Shown here one piece after another: positions 51,660 to 63,535 of a stretch of DNA of 64,000 nucleotides; positions within the stretch are counted from its first letter, which is position 1, and each line of letters begins with the position of its first letter. The notes beneath the pieces are model-generated. The model was not told the origin of the DNA and did not search any database. It saw nothing but the letters and a program-made list of their open reading frames with translations. Source of the DNA: Eimeria praecox (taxonomy: Eukaryota); NCBI GenBank assembly GCA_963920595.1, contig OY986947.1:3038001-3102000 (forward strand). The letters run 5' to 3'. The position numbers were made by a program, and so were the translations under genes.

Positions 51660-54600
51660 ACTACCCCCTTCTCCATACCTGCTTCTGCTGCTCATGAATT
51701 CAGAGGAGTTGAGAGGCTCATGCCTTCTTCCGGTGGGCGTTTCTGAGCCATCGAAGGGCGAGATTCAGTCGCCCTAACGTTCCTTGGAACTTAATACTGA
51801 ATCCTCAACACGAATTTGAAAATTGACGCAACAGATCACTCCTGGAAGCAGCCATGGAGTAGAAGGCTGGGTGCTGCTTCCGCACTGTGTACCCCTTAGA
51901 AGACCCTTTTTAACTAGTTAGGCGCTGCCCGTAGTGAATCAGTTGAGAAAATATGCCAGGAACGGGAGATAATATATACCCCCTCATGCAACTAAGAACA
52001 TGGTGAGGTGAATAGTCTATCGGGTACTGCACGCCCTTCGGCAAAGCAGAGTTGGTGCTATAACGCGCTCGGTGCAGAAGTACAAGAGCCAACTATACGC
52101 AAGTAATGGAAGAAAATATGCAGATTATTCGGCGTTTCAGGAGTAAGTATGAAGGTTAACCTTGACCCCCCGTACGGGCAAGGCACAGAGCAATGCTGGG
52201 GCTGCAGGGGTCGGTGTGTTAGCGCGCGGCGTTCGGCTACACAAGTAGAAAGGTCCTGCATGCTCATGTGTGGAGAGTTTTAATTCGGCATTCCATAGAA
52301 TAAAAAACTGCAATAGACTGGCTTCATCAGATTTTGCTAGTGTTTCTGGTCATCTCTCGGGGGAAATGCGCATTCAACGTGCTCGGCTAAGCTGTAGCCT
52401 TGGTGTCTGGGGACTACTGCCGAACAAGTGGGCCCCTCGACCAGCCAGCATCACCAAACTTGTCTCGCTTCATAAGCTTAAAAACTCAATAAATTGAAAT
52501 TCTATGAGACTCTATACTCGTCTAAGATGCTAGGCTTCCGCAGCTGCGAAAGTTTATTGGGGAAGACCCATTCCTCGTAACGATCAGCAGTCGTTGCAAG
52601 CCATTGGTGCTGAATGCCACCAACTGCAACTGGCCCACTGTGTTCCTTCCTTCCGCTTCCCTGGTCGTCTTCAATTTTTCGCTCATAGGTTTCAGCCCAA
52701 ATGTTTCAAGCCTATTGCAGCTCTTAGCTGAGTTACTTCAAAAATGCCGTGCAGCGCAACCCATACAGGCCCGTCAGAACCGGGAGTCCTACCAACATTG
52801 CCTGCCTCCTTCTAATTAGTAGCGAGTTCTATCTTCTTTGTGGCAGGTTCTAAGTGTAACTTTTTCTCGTTGCTTCCTTTTGGTAATAGCAATGCTCCAT
52901 GGCATACTTTGATGCGTGGTTGAGCAACCGGAATCTTAGTGGAGCGAGCGTTCCCGATCTTAGCCATCGTGAGCTCCAATGCAGTCAACCCACTGAAGAT
53001 TAGAGCTTCCAAAAAACGCCGACCTCCATTCCATCCTCCAGGCGTCCTGGAAACAGAGGCACAAATGCATTTGCTGGCACGCAGAAGAGGGTGCTACCCC
53101 TTTTTTCAGCAAGCAACGTTGCAACTCCTGATTCAAGGCAAACCCCTATACAAGCATAGGGAACCACTCTTTTGACTCATACACTAACGCTCTAGCCGTC
53201 TGTTGAACACTTACTTGCCCATCACTACGCAGCAGCTGAAGTCTAAAGGTGTTATTCTACTTGTGCAGGCCGGCTATTGAGGGCCGTGCAACAGAGCTGG
53301 TTTCTTTGCACTCGCACTTGGGGTTGACTTGCAGCACGGCTTGCAGCAATATGCGCAGCTACTCACAGGAAGTCGCCTCCTCTCCTCACCAGCCGCAGGC
53401 CCTTGTGCCACGGTTCTGAGGGGGCCTGAAGAATGAGAATAGCGGTTAGTTGCCTTTTGTGGAAGCTTGTGTCTTCAGTATTTTGACCCTATCACAGCCC
53501 GCGAAGACACTCTGCTAATGTCCCATTACACCTGGTAGGACAGGTGCGAGCAGTGAACCTTCACAGCTGGGCGGTGAGGCGTATAACACTGATCAATGAA
53601 AAAGATAAGTTAAAAAAACACAGTCGGTGCGACGTCGCAACAAAGTAGTTGATGGTGAACCAGTGGCATAAGTAGAGTAGAAGCTTTGAGAACAAAAACG
53701 GAAAAGCAACTTAGTAGGAGATATGCTGACCGACTTCTACTAAGTCGGTATATCTCCTCTGGTGGGGAGATGACCAACGAGTGGGCTTCTCTTCGGATTG
53801 TATAGTAATCCGTGTCTGTATCTGGACCAGCAAGAGAAAATACTTCTAAAGTGAACACGGTTCATGCAGGACGGCACCGCCTCTGCAGGCGATCTAGATG
53901 TGGGGGGAAAACTCAATTTTAGGGCAGCGAAGGTCTTTGTTCCATGGAATGTGTGCATTCGTCTTCAAAAAACACCTGAAGAGCTGCAGTTGCTATGGGC
54001 ATCCAGCTTCATTAGAATGGCAGGCACGGCAATCATTGTTGTATCTAAGCAAGCGCACCACTTTTCCAAGACATATTTGAAGAAGGGCTTTGGGAACCGG
54101 AATTTGGGCGCCAGTTGATCGGATTAAGGCTGTGAATCGCCCGCTAAACTGCAACCCCAACCTTTTTGCGGCGTCTTCGAGAGCAGGAACCATCGAATTC
54201 TCTTCCTGGCGTCTTTCCCTTTGAGCAGGTCATCCTGCCCTCTGCCTAGTTCTGCGCTGCATAGGTATACATCGTAAACATAAACTGGACCCAAAAGCGA
54301 GGAGCAATAACCGCACGGACTGGCTGCATGCCTGCTGTCCGAATGCATGAACATCTTGGCCTCCATTTTCCAGCGCCTAACAACCGCTAGTGCTAAACTA
54401 GACTAAACTGGCGCTAAGATCCAGTATACCTGCATTTTGACGTGTCAGCAGCGAGCAATACAAATTCTTGCTAGCACTGGTAGGTGTCCGCACTCCGGAA
54501 ATCGTGCCCCGAATCAATAACCGTAAAGAGTAGCTGGCATGACAGGGGGAGCGCACGAGACCCCCATTAGCACTTTGTGCAGTACAATCCGTCTTAGACT

Positions 54601-54800
54601 CTCTAAGATGAGAATACGCCACCATCGCAGTGGAGCATTCAGCACCATCGCTGCTACTGATATTTCGTCGATAAACCTGAGATTGAGGCCGCCAAATGTG
54701 GCAGAGAGCAGATAAAACTCTCGACAGTGTACAGCTAATTGACAATGCTTAGTAGAACGGCTTGCTGCAGCAGCAGCAGCTACTTGAGTAACCGCTACCA
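51660..54800 (-). mobile_element. Decayed Ty3/Gypsy (chromovirus-type) retrotransposon relic B: RT, RNase H, integrase, chromodomain, polypurine tract
   Basis: Ordered motifs on the minus strand: FGARF; VYWILAPV*SSLALAVVRRW (cf. YEW-x-V-x-PFGL-x-NAPA-x-FQR); PVYVYDVYLCS at about 54255-54287 (YVDD mutated); KALLQICLGKVVRL; KTFAALKLSFPP; DYYTIRREAHSLV; CNGTLAECLR (cf. N-x-LAD-x-LSR); MLVGLPVLTG (cf. MDF-x-GLP). A chromodomain-like RVEDSVL...LRW...PPEE..EPLN lies at about 51705-51815, followed by GGAGAAGGGGG. Many stops and frameshifts. Confidence 0.75.
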
Positions 54801-55175
54801 ACCATCCCACATGCTAACTACCATGCTCTTGAAAAGCCAGGCCTTGGGGTGTCTCGCAATGCTATTTCAAGGCCAGTTTGCTGGAAGGTGGGTACGGCCC
54901 TTCCGTCGCTCCTTTTATTCTAAATGGCTTTCATATCAACAATTTACAAAGCAGCGCGTGGGTTCGGTTTGCAGTCGACCACGCTGAACCTGCTTGGTGA
55001 CGCTATCGTGCACCAGCAAGAGACTCGTGGTAACTGGTTCCGTGCATGCAAAAGCCAGATATGCAGAGTCGTGGCTACAGAAAACTCAGTTGAAAAAAAG
55101 GTGGTGTTTTGGTCCCGGGAAAACAGGCATTGCTGGCTTTATCCCGGGGCCATATTGTCTGATCAATCCCAGGGT

Positions 55176-57182
55176 TTAGTATTTATGACCCTTAATATAA
55201 CGTTCGAAGAAAATGTCATCATCTTCCCAGAGGTCCCAAGCACGGTGCCTGAAAATACTGTTGCTCCTCAAGTTGGCAAGGATCAAACGCTTTAAGTCTA
55301 TTATCTCTTGGGGTGGTGGGCGCGCTCCCGTCTTGTAGGTTGCGAGTGCACCACTCAAACGAACCGCAAGTGCACCTAGCTCTCCAGTAACGCGCTGAGT
55401 GCGCAGCTTTTTAATGAAAACATAATCGATTTGAATGTTTTCCGTGAGTTGTGGCCACCAGCTTTGGGCGTCCATTTTATCCCCCAAGACTTCGATTGTA
55501 CTCACCAAGTAGTCAAGTACCATGAGCAACGACGCCAGCTTTCTAGTAACGTAGAATGGGTTCTTCTTAGCATAGGGATGCCTTAGCTTCTGGTACACAT
55601 ATGCGACTAAGCAAGTACAATCATCCATTAGTTGCATTGCGTCTGGAAGGGTTACCGAAGGCTTGGCAAATATAGAGCGCATCGACACAAAATTTTTCAT
55701 GGGGGTGCCCTTCTCAAATGAACCAAAAAAAGCGTTAGCCCCTTCAAAGGTAATCTTAATATTCGTGGGTTCCATTTTTGGAAGCCGCACAAAAGGATGA
55801 CGGAGGGCCCATGCTGCCTCATGAAGCCGCATTGCAGTATTATTTCTTGTCAGCAAGGCTTTCAAACTTAGAAGGCCTGAAGAGCTGGCATCACCAGCCA
55901 GAGTCTTCTCCTCCTGCGCCTCCCCTTCTACCAACTTTTCTGCTTGCACGAGTTCTTGTTGAGCAGGCTTTTCGGCTGCACCCTGCCAGACACCAGTATA
56001 TGAGCTGCCGCTTGCAGCTTCACCAGCATCCTGATCATTGGATATGGAGACACCCGGAAGCACTGGATCACGGCTTGTTGAGGTATCTGCTGCTGAACCT
56101 GCTAACCTCGGCCGCTTTGCGGTACGCTTTGAGGATTTTTCTCCTTCGACTCCCTGAACCTCTTGTGCGGAATTCCCTTTGTGACCTCCCAATATCCAGT
56201 CATCAGGACTTAAACCTTTCTCGAGCGATTCTGGAGTGCCTTTAGAATCGGATGCCGAGACACTTGCACCCGCAGGTGATGCCGAAGTTTCTATGGTAAA
56301 TGACGCGCGTTTGGCGCCTCTTCTCCTCTTTGATATTCGCGTAATGTCTAACCGTAGCGTTGGGCCCGGGCCGCCCTCTATACCACTGTACGGAGTTTTG
56401 CTGGCCCTTTTTTTCCTACGGCCACTTTTCGTAATAGCTGGTTTGCCCGGTAAGGGGGCTTCCAGCAAAGAAAAAATTAACGGATAGGAACTTCTTGGGT
56501 ATATCTTAGCTGTGCGTTTCCTTGTAGATTCTTCGTTTGGAGGAGCATCAGGCAACCCTGTCGTCCCTTCAGATCCAAACGTGACTTCATGCTGTGGGAC
56601 GTTCAATGCAAACTGCTCCACTGGTAAGCTTTGTTCATGCTCAGGATGTCTATCAGGGAGCTCGCGCGCCTCCTGTTGCCTCGCGCTCGAGCTGCCCTCT
56701 CTCCCGCGTTCAAATGCTTTGGCAGAGCCGTGTAACATTAGGAGAAGCCTAGCCTTCTTCACCTCTGGCCCCTCATCATGCTCAGGAGCAACTGGTTGGA
56801 GTCCAAGCTCCTCCTGTAACTCCAAACAACCTTCTAAAATGGTGCTAAGCTCGCCTTCTCCCCAGTTATCCGACAAGTGACGTTGCACCAGTCGTGCTGT
56901 TTTTCCGCCGTTTCGCGGGGCTATGCATAGTGCTAGCCAAGCAAAAATCATCACAAATGTAACTGTGGAAGCCAATACCCAAAAATGAGTGGAGACCTTG
57001 TGGTCTCCTCGCCGCTGTCGCAATCCAGTCCCTAGGCTGGGCCGAAACCCATCTGATCGCGTTGTTTCCGCATGAGATATGGCGTCCGGTGAATTGAATG
57101 CCTCATGAGATAATGAGGAAGCCAGTTCACTGTGTGCGTCTTCCCATTTCAGGTCATGTGTCACCATTGCATTAACATCCAT
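55176..57182 (-). CDS. Single-exon 668-aa transmembrane protein of an expanded Eimeria-specific family
   Basis: Uninterrupted 2-kb ORF with an N-proximal TM helix (FWVLASTVTFVMIFAWLALCIA) followed by RHLS and a low-complexity middle. The C-terminal domain HPFVRLP...FAKPSVT...LDYLVSTIEVLG...WW...YKTGARPP...LKR...WDLWEDDD is, from recall, typical of a large Eimeria paralogue family. Confidence 0.85.
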   Translation of the reverse strand: MDVNAMVTHDLKWEDAHSELASSLSHEAFNSPDAISHAETTRSDGFRPSLGTGLRQRRGDHKVSTHFWVLASTVTFVMIFAWLALCIAPRNGGKTARLVQRHLSDNWGEGELSTILEGCLELQEELGLQPVAPEHDEGPEVKKARLLLMLHGSAKAFERGREGSSSARQQEARELPDRHPEHEQSLPVEQFALNVPQHEVTFGSEGTTGLPDAPPNEESTRKRTAKIYPRSSYPLIFSLLEAPLPGKPAITKSGRRKKRASKTPYSGIEGGPGPTLRLDITRISKRRRGAKRASFTIETSASPAGASVSASDSKGTPESLEKGLSPDDWILGGHKGNSAQEVQGVEGEKSSKRTAKRPRLAGSAADTSTSRDPVLPGVSISNDQDAGEAASGSSYTGVWQGAAEKPAQQELVQAEKLVEGEAQEEKTLAGDASSSGLLSLKALLTRNNTAMRLHEAAWALRHPFVRLPKMEPTNIKITFEGANAFFGSFEKGTPMKNFVSMRSIFAKPSVTLPDAMQLMDDCTCLVAYVYQKLRHPYAKKNPFYVTRKLASLLMVLDYLVSTIEVLGDKMDAQSWWPQLTENIQIDYVFIKKLRTQRVTGELGALAVRLSGALATYKTGARPPPQEIIDLKRLILANLRSNSIFRHRAWDLWEDDDIFFERYIKGHKY

Positions 57183-59099
57183 TTCCGCATTCGGACAACA
57201 AAAAATTCAGAATATGCTTGCGTTGGAGCGATTTCACAGGGATCAGAGTAAATTTGAACATGTCTAAAGCGCCCGTGCTTATTTTTTCTTCACAATCGTC
57301 TATGTTTGCAGCGGATTCAGATCGATATGTGACAAGAATTCAGGGCAGAGATGAACGCCGAAAAGGCATCACTTCAGTGCAATGCAGGCTCAGCTTTGTG
57401 GGGAGTATATTAGTTGGCTGCGCTGATTTCATATCCATGTTACAAAGTAGATCAGGAAGGCAAGAGCACCCGATGCTATGACTTTTGCTGGGCACATGAC
57501 GACAGTCGGAGTTCTACTTGGCACCAACTATCTACAAGAAGCATGCGCGTCAACCGCCTACCCTGTCCATTTCCACATAATATATTGATATAAATTTTCA
57601 AAGGCAAGTAAAATGCAGGTACATTGGAATGAGCGTGTGGGACAGCTTACCTCGCGATGCCAAGTTCTGGAGCTGAGTACTTGAGACGATCCCGCCCCAT
57701 CACGCCGGCTCGCGGCAGAAATGATCTTAAGGCATCCCTTCTGGGAAAAAGCGAATATAACTATAAAACATGTTTTAAGTGATTCATTGCCTTTATATTG
57801 ATGATGTATTTGTTGGCTGCTTGCCAGCCGCTCCCCATTTTTATTTATTTGCCAGCATGGCATGCGTGAGGCACTGTGAGCATTGTTTGCAACTTGCACG
57901 CGCAATTCTACTTACATGCAGGCTGGCTACTGAGGGCCAAACGTGTGTTTAACAATTTTCGACTGCGTTAGTACATGCACCAGTGAGAGGTTTCAGGCCT
58001 GAATGTGGGGTTACCTGCAGCAGGTGTTGGAGCGTGTAAGGGGACTCCTCAGTGTTAGCTGAGGGCTGCCGTCAGCTGCAGTAGATCTGAAGGCAGCAAA
58101 TAACTTGGGAAAAAAGTTTAATCCCAGAGCATCTGACATCCCATACAGCGTCCTGGGCTCCTGGGCGCAGCGGCCCACAGGCCTAGAGCTGTTAGGGACA
58201 CAAATCAGCGTATCGTGGGCTCCAACGTACCTTGCTGCAAGTAGTTCTGCAAAGCAGCCAAACACGAAGGCATAGCCATGACCCTTGCTACATGCACTAA
58301 GCTGTGTAGACTGTCGCCGCACACTTGCTTAACTCTCCCTAGTCTGCCTGCGCGTAAGTAGAGTGCCAACATCACACAGGCCACTCAACATACCGAGGGT
58401 CCTCAACCCTAGCGGAGGGCCTCAGTGAGCTGCAATGGTTCCAAGTACTTTATCTGGCCCCTAGAAAACAGATGGCCTCGAGCCTCCAGGCGTCCTGGGC
58501 GCAGCGCTACAAGGGATTGGGGCTGCTGGGACGACTCGAACCACGCCCACATATATTGCTATGCACTTTGCCATAACATGTGCTGCAAGGCAGCCTTACG
58601 TGCACGCATAGCAAATTCCTTCTTTGCTGCATGCAATAACGTCGTCCGCTATAGCACTGTTGGTGGTTAAACACCTACCTGCCCCTCAGTGGCCTGCGTG
58701 CAAATGGAAGTGCGTATTCTAACTTTCGGCAAACCATGCTACAGGGGCAGTCTGACGACGGTCCTCTGCCCTAGCGGAGGAATGTCATGAACTGCAGTGA
58801 CGTCAAAAATTCAGGAAGAGAGTTCCCCCCCAAGGCAGCTGATGGCCTCCCCCCAGTCGTCAGGCGTCCTCCATACAGCAGTACAACGGCTTGGGGCTTC
58901 TGAGGAAAGGCTGCCTGGTATATTTGTTTCAGCACTGCATATTTTGATTCAGTCATCCACACATGAAAGGGTCTCCAAGCCTCATGTTAATGCATGCTCG
59001 AGCACAGCACACAAGTGCTAAACGCTTCCTGGCTCTCAATAACCAACCTACATGAGTGTAGAAAAACCTGTACAAACTTCAGATAGGTCAAGCTGCACC

Positions 59100-62000
59100 T
59101 GCCTCCCCCCCCCCCCCCCACAGGCATGAACAGGTAGCTTGTGCACGGTCACTGAACAAGGGATTCATAGAACCGCTCCAAAAAGGAAAGGCGCTAGAGG
59201 GGCAAAGACCGCCCACCTCAAACAAGGAAAAGAAAAGTAACAGTTAGAGGCAGCCGCAAGTGCAAACGTTGCTTCTCTTTGCTGCTGCTGTTGTGGGCCG
59301 CATGCAGTTGCGGCAGCCTGGCCCCTCCACAGGCCCCTCCTGGGTAGGGAACCATTTTTTCATTGCTGGCATCCCAGCCTCATTAGAAATTGCAGTGAAC
59401 CGTTGAGCTGGTACATTATTACAGAGCACATAAGGAAGGCTCAGGTCAGTCAAAAGAGGGGGTCCTACACCAAAATATAAAAGAAAAGGAATGCTGTCGA
59501 CAGTGGCGGCGAGCTAGCCAAAAGTACAAGGAAAAGCACAGAACACCACGCAAGGAGCGCGGGGAGCATGTAGATAGCTAGATACGAAGGCATTTTTACA
59601 CATGACGAAGCAACCGTCAGCAGGAGGCTATATGGTCCCCAACTTTACGCTGCACTGAGCGCTCGCACGCTCACACCCGGCGCCGCTAGGCTGACAGGAC
59701 CGCGTAGAGTCTCTGAAGGAGCTGGCTCGCGCCTTCAATCCTCTGAGCCCCTACTTTGGTTGTTGATTCCCTGGCATTTACACGTAATATTCTTGTTTGC
59801 TGTGGATTTAGCGGGTCCTCAAGGGGGTTTTGTAGTCCCATCAGGGACTCCAGCACTGTTGCAAAGTGCGTACGCAAGTCGGTAGCGGTGGGCGTACGTC
59901 GCTAGTTCCCAACACCGAGCTCTAACATCGGGGCAGATAACAGTGTTCCGGACCAAAACAGAGAAGTCGGAATACAATTGGTCGTACAGTGCACTGTATC
60001 TTGTCAACGTCCTCCCCACAAGAAAGCAAACAAGCAATTTTGACGGATTTTGCGAGGTATAGAAGATCACATGCCGTACAAACGTGCGGTTAGTGATTTT
60101 AGTGTAGCCCCCTAATCCCATGTGGTTCTCAGCGGTCATGCTATGATCGGTACTAAGTGATATCATGAGTTACCACCCGAATGTGCAAATGAGTCTTCGG
60201 TCCCTGTAAGTAGCGATGCTTTCCAAAAAACTGTGGAGCTTCCTTAGGTGATTAATGGACAGTTCGATCAACCCTTCGGCAATGACTGAAGCCGAACAGG
60301 CAGTGACGCAGGCATATTTTTTGAGTTTCCCTCCAGTATCTGTATTGCAACACAGAAATGCGCTTATGGCAAGCTTACTATGATGCCATTGAGATGTCCT
60401 ATCAGATCTGCTTAGGAACCCAAAGCAACATCGCTAGTTTAATAACGCCCTGTGGCTTTATGTTCTGGAATTCCGGGATGGTAAGGACGTATTCCTTTGC
60501 TGAGAGGGGCTCCCCAGGCTTCCAAATGAACGTGCTCACTCGCTCCACTGTTTTGGTGACACCTCCATGGCCCGCCCCATCGTCACCGTCCACTGGTCCC
60601 AAGACGCCTGTGCGAAGCGAAGCTGAAACGCATGATACGCCTATCCCACGCTTTTTTAATGCCGGAAGTGATAGCCCTCTATGCTGTAATGCTTAACCCG
60701 TTGCCCTTCGTTCAGATTAGCAATAATTGCAACCTTGTGAGTATCAAACGCGTAAGAAGAGAGCAATTTAGACAGGGAAAGCTGCTAATCGGAAGTTCCT
60801 GATGTGCACGACATCACAAGCATGTGTCAGCGACCACGTTGTTGATACTCGATGTACTTTCTTGTGAGGCTGCACTGGGTATGTTGGCAAAGCCACCGAA
60901 ACACATTTTTATCATCGAAGCATTGAGGAGTCCCTAGGAGTGGCAGGTATAGATGATTGAACAACGAGGTATCTACCATAAAAGTCATCTCGATATTTCT
61001 TTGTTCCCTGCCGGATCGCTTTGACCTCCTCATGTACCGGATGCACCGTATCCGCTTCGTTAAGACGATGTACGCACCATGCGGTTATTTGATTTTCTTC
61101 CGAGCTAGTGGCTTGATGAGAGACTAAAACCCCAACTCCTGTATAAATGGCGTCGCGTGGTAGGAAGAAGTGTTTGCCAAAATCACGAAGCACTCCTCTG
61201 GGAGGCCCCGAATGCGCTTTTAGCTGGGTCACCAATGGTATGCCTGAAATTACGTTATCGTAAGCTGGTTCAACATAAAAGTCCCACCGTATCAAGGTAA
61301 TGCGACCCATAAGGCCCGCGGCTTTAGCAACTCTCATGTTCTGCTTGCCACTGGTGAAGTACGACAGCTGGCACGTTGTCAAATGGTAGACACTTAGGCT
61401 AAATGACGACGCGGCAGCTTCAGATGTTACATCGACTCCGCCGCCTGCCCCAAGTAAGGCCTGAAAAACCTGATCAATAATACAAGCTTGGATAAACATG
61501 GAACGGGCACGGGCATATGCATGTGCTGTGCGCCTGCCGCTTCTTGTGGCCTCATCACTGAAGCGCGTTCCCCTGAGCGTTTTGTTGGTCTCCCTGAAAG
61601 TACTGGGCATCCTCTCTTAACTCTTTTAGGCTTATTGTGCTCTAAACAAGGTTACTTTGAAACCTCAGGAACATGAAGAAGCAGGTATCGCACACCGCAG
61701 CTTCCTTCTGCTCTCTGAGTGTGCGGCTCGCCAGCTGCGTTCTTTTTTCGCTTCCTTTTGTGTGGACGGAGATAGCACTCGCGTCAATATCTACATGCTC
61801 CATGTGTGGGCCACTCCCAAAGCTGGTATGCATGTAGAGAATTAGGAGTATGGCTGTAGAAGTGTCGCTTTTTTTCATATGGTATCTGTAACGAGCGTCC
61901 TCAACATTAACTAGCCAAGGTGTGGCATACTGTGCACGATATGGGTAGTCATGCATCTACATGCTCGAAGGTTATTAGGGGCCACTTATGTTAACGGATA

Positions 62001-62500
62001 CCTGCTCTACAGCCTGCAATTTTAGCAAATGTAGCAAAAGGGGAACAAGCGTGCACGCGCGCTGGGCTGCGTTGCAGAATTGATTGCAGCAAGGCGCGTT
62101 GCAACTCACGACGGGGTTGCCCGTGCCCCTACCAGAGCCAGGCCCATAGGTATCCAGGCTGCCAGGAGGATGGAGAGTAGGCAAATTGCTTTTTGAGAAC
62201 TCTTTCTTTATATCTGGCGTTATTGAAGCTCTCGGCTGTCCTCAGCTGATGTTGAGGAGCGCTTCAAGACGAACCTCATTAGGTGAAACAGTCAAATTTC
62301 TTGGTACAAGACTTTTCTCAAGGCAGCAGAGCACCCCTTCCGTATCCAACCATCTTCGCAAGCGAGGGATAGCGGAACAATTCCCTTCGGTTGGTGCTGA
62401 GAGGAGGCAGCCTGTCACGCGATGCAGCACACCTAGCTGCAGCTACTTTGCCACGACAACCCCATATTAAACCAAAGCAAACCCTGTTTTCCATGAATTC
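59100..62500 (-). mobile_element. Decayed Ty3/Gypsy retrotransposon relic A: gag-like region, protease, (RT and most of RNase H missing), RNase H tail, integrase, polypurine tract
   Basis: Protease FQALLGAGGG...WDFYVEPAYDNVISGIPL (about 61230-61470); KYRDDF; RNase H tail FRWL...KYIE/INNVVAD (about 60825-60905). Integrase HHCC region AGHGGVTKTVERVSTFIWKPG...KEYVLTIPEFQNIKP...VPKQI*DISM. Integrase core KLKKYA...AEGLIELSINHLRKLHSFLESIATYRDRR...HSMTAENH...TNRTFV. KVGD near 59635. G-rich polypurine tract at 59102-59119. Confidence 0.85.
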
Positions 62501-63456
62501 ACTTGCATAGTAGGCAATCGTTGAACAGCTCGTAGCCGTCAGTAGCCAATCTGTACACATGTAAAAATGCAGATACAAGCCTCAGGTAAGTCGTACTACA
62601 GACCATGCTACAACTTGCATACGCTAAGCCACCTATAGACGACTACAACGGTACTTCTGACAGTAACTCACTGGGGCCTAAAACACCAGTAAGTTAACGC
62701 AAACGTCTAATCATGCGCCTGTAAGCTACTGGAGCAGTCATACACTTGAAAGACTCACGCAAGCTGCTGATGAAGGGGCCCGGGCCAGTTCAAACTAATG
62801 GTGCCGTTGAAAGTGGCTAGGATTGGAATTGGAACCCTAATAAAGAACTTCCTACGATCCATTATATATTCTGGTGAGGAAATGCTGCACACAATGCCGA
62901 GCATGACAAAAATGCAGCCGTCTGTGGGGGGCCATGTAGTTAGTGGGGGGGAAAATTGCAGTTGCGAGTCATTACGGCCCCACTCTAAAGGCAAGTATCA
63001 GGGCAATGTGTAAATGCTTCCAAATCTAAAAATATAGCTAAATTCCTACAAAATAGCTAACACAAGGTAGACCCTCTGCTCTAGATGCACCGGACGGAAC
63101 TGGGCCCAACTAACCCCCTATAATTGACAAGCCCGTAGGAATTGAATCCTTGGGCATGTGTGCTACTGAAGGTGGAATAAAAGGTAAGTGTACGTCCAGA
63201 GACTACAACTATCGCATTAATGCAACAAATTATTATTATAAGAGGCTCCCAACTGCGGGGTGTTGTCAGTTCAGCAGCAGCAGTAGCAGCAGCGGGCTGC
63301 TGCGTGCAGCGGCGGCAGCAGCAGCAGTGTGCGGATGAAGCGCCGTGCCAGCAGGCGGGTTGCTTGCGCACAGTTAAGCACTTTTGAGCCTGTAGAGTGA
63401 CCTCTGACGGCGAATTTTATGTGCCTGAGCTCTTATTCTGGTGTCTCTGCCTGAAA

Positions 63457-63535
63457 ATGATTGAGGACATCAAGACTCTCCGCGAGGAGCATGTGTACCG
63501 CGCCAAGCTCGCTGAGCAGGCGGAGCGCTATGACG
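63457..63535 (+). CDS. 14-3-3 protein, first coding exon (gene continues beyond the window)
   Basis: MIEDIKTLREEHVYRAKLAEQAERYD followed by a G|GTAGG donor. AKLAEQAERYD is the invariant 14-3-3 N-terminal signature. Confidence 0.96.

Noticed and set aside
59800..61610. ORFs 60912-61610 and 59819-60166 as a host gene or an endogenous RNA-virus sequence
   Set aside because: The motifs fit retroelement protease and integrase in the right order, with stops, frameshifts and lost catalytic residues.
57300..63300. A pair of LTRs and target-site duplication bounding relic A
   Set aside because: No direct repeat was recognisable by eye between the region after the polypurine tract (<59100) and the region upstream of gag (>62500). 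A short local repeat (GCGTCCTGGGC near 58148 and 58490) is too small. A dot-plot would be needed.
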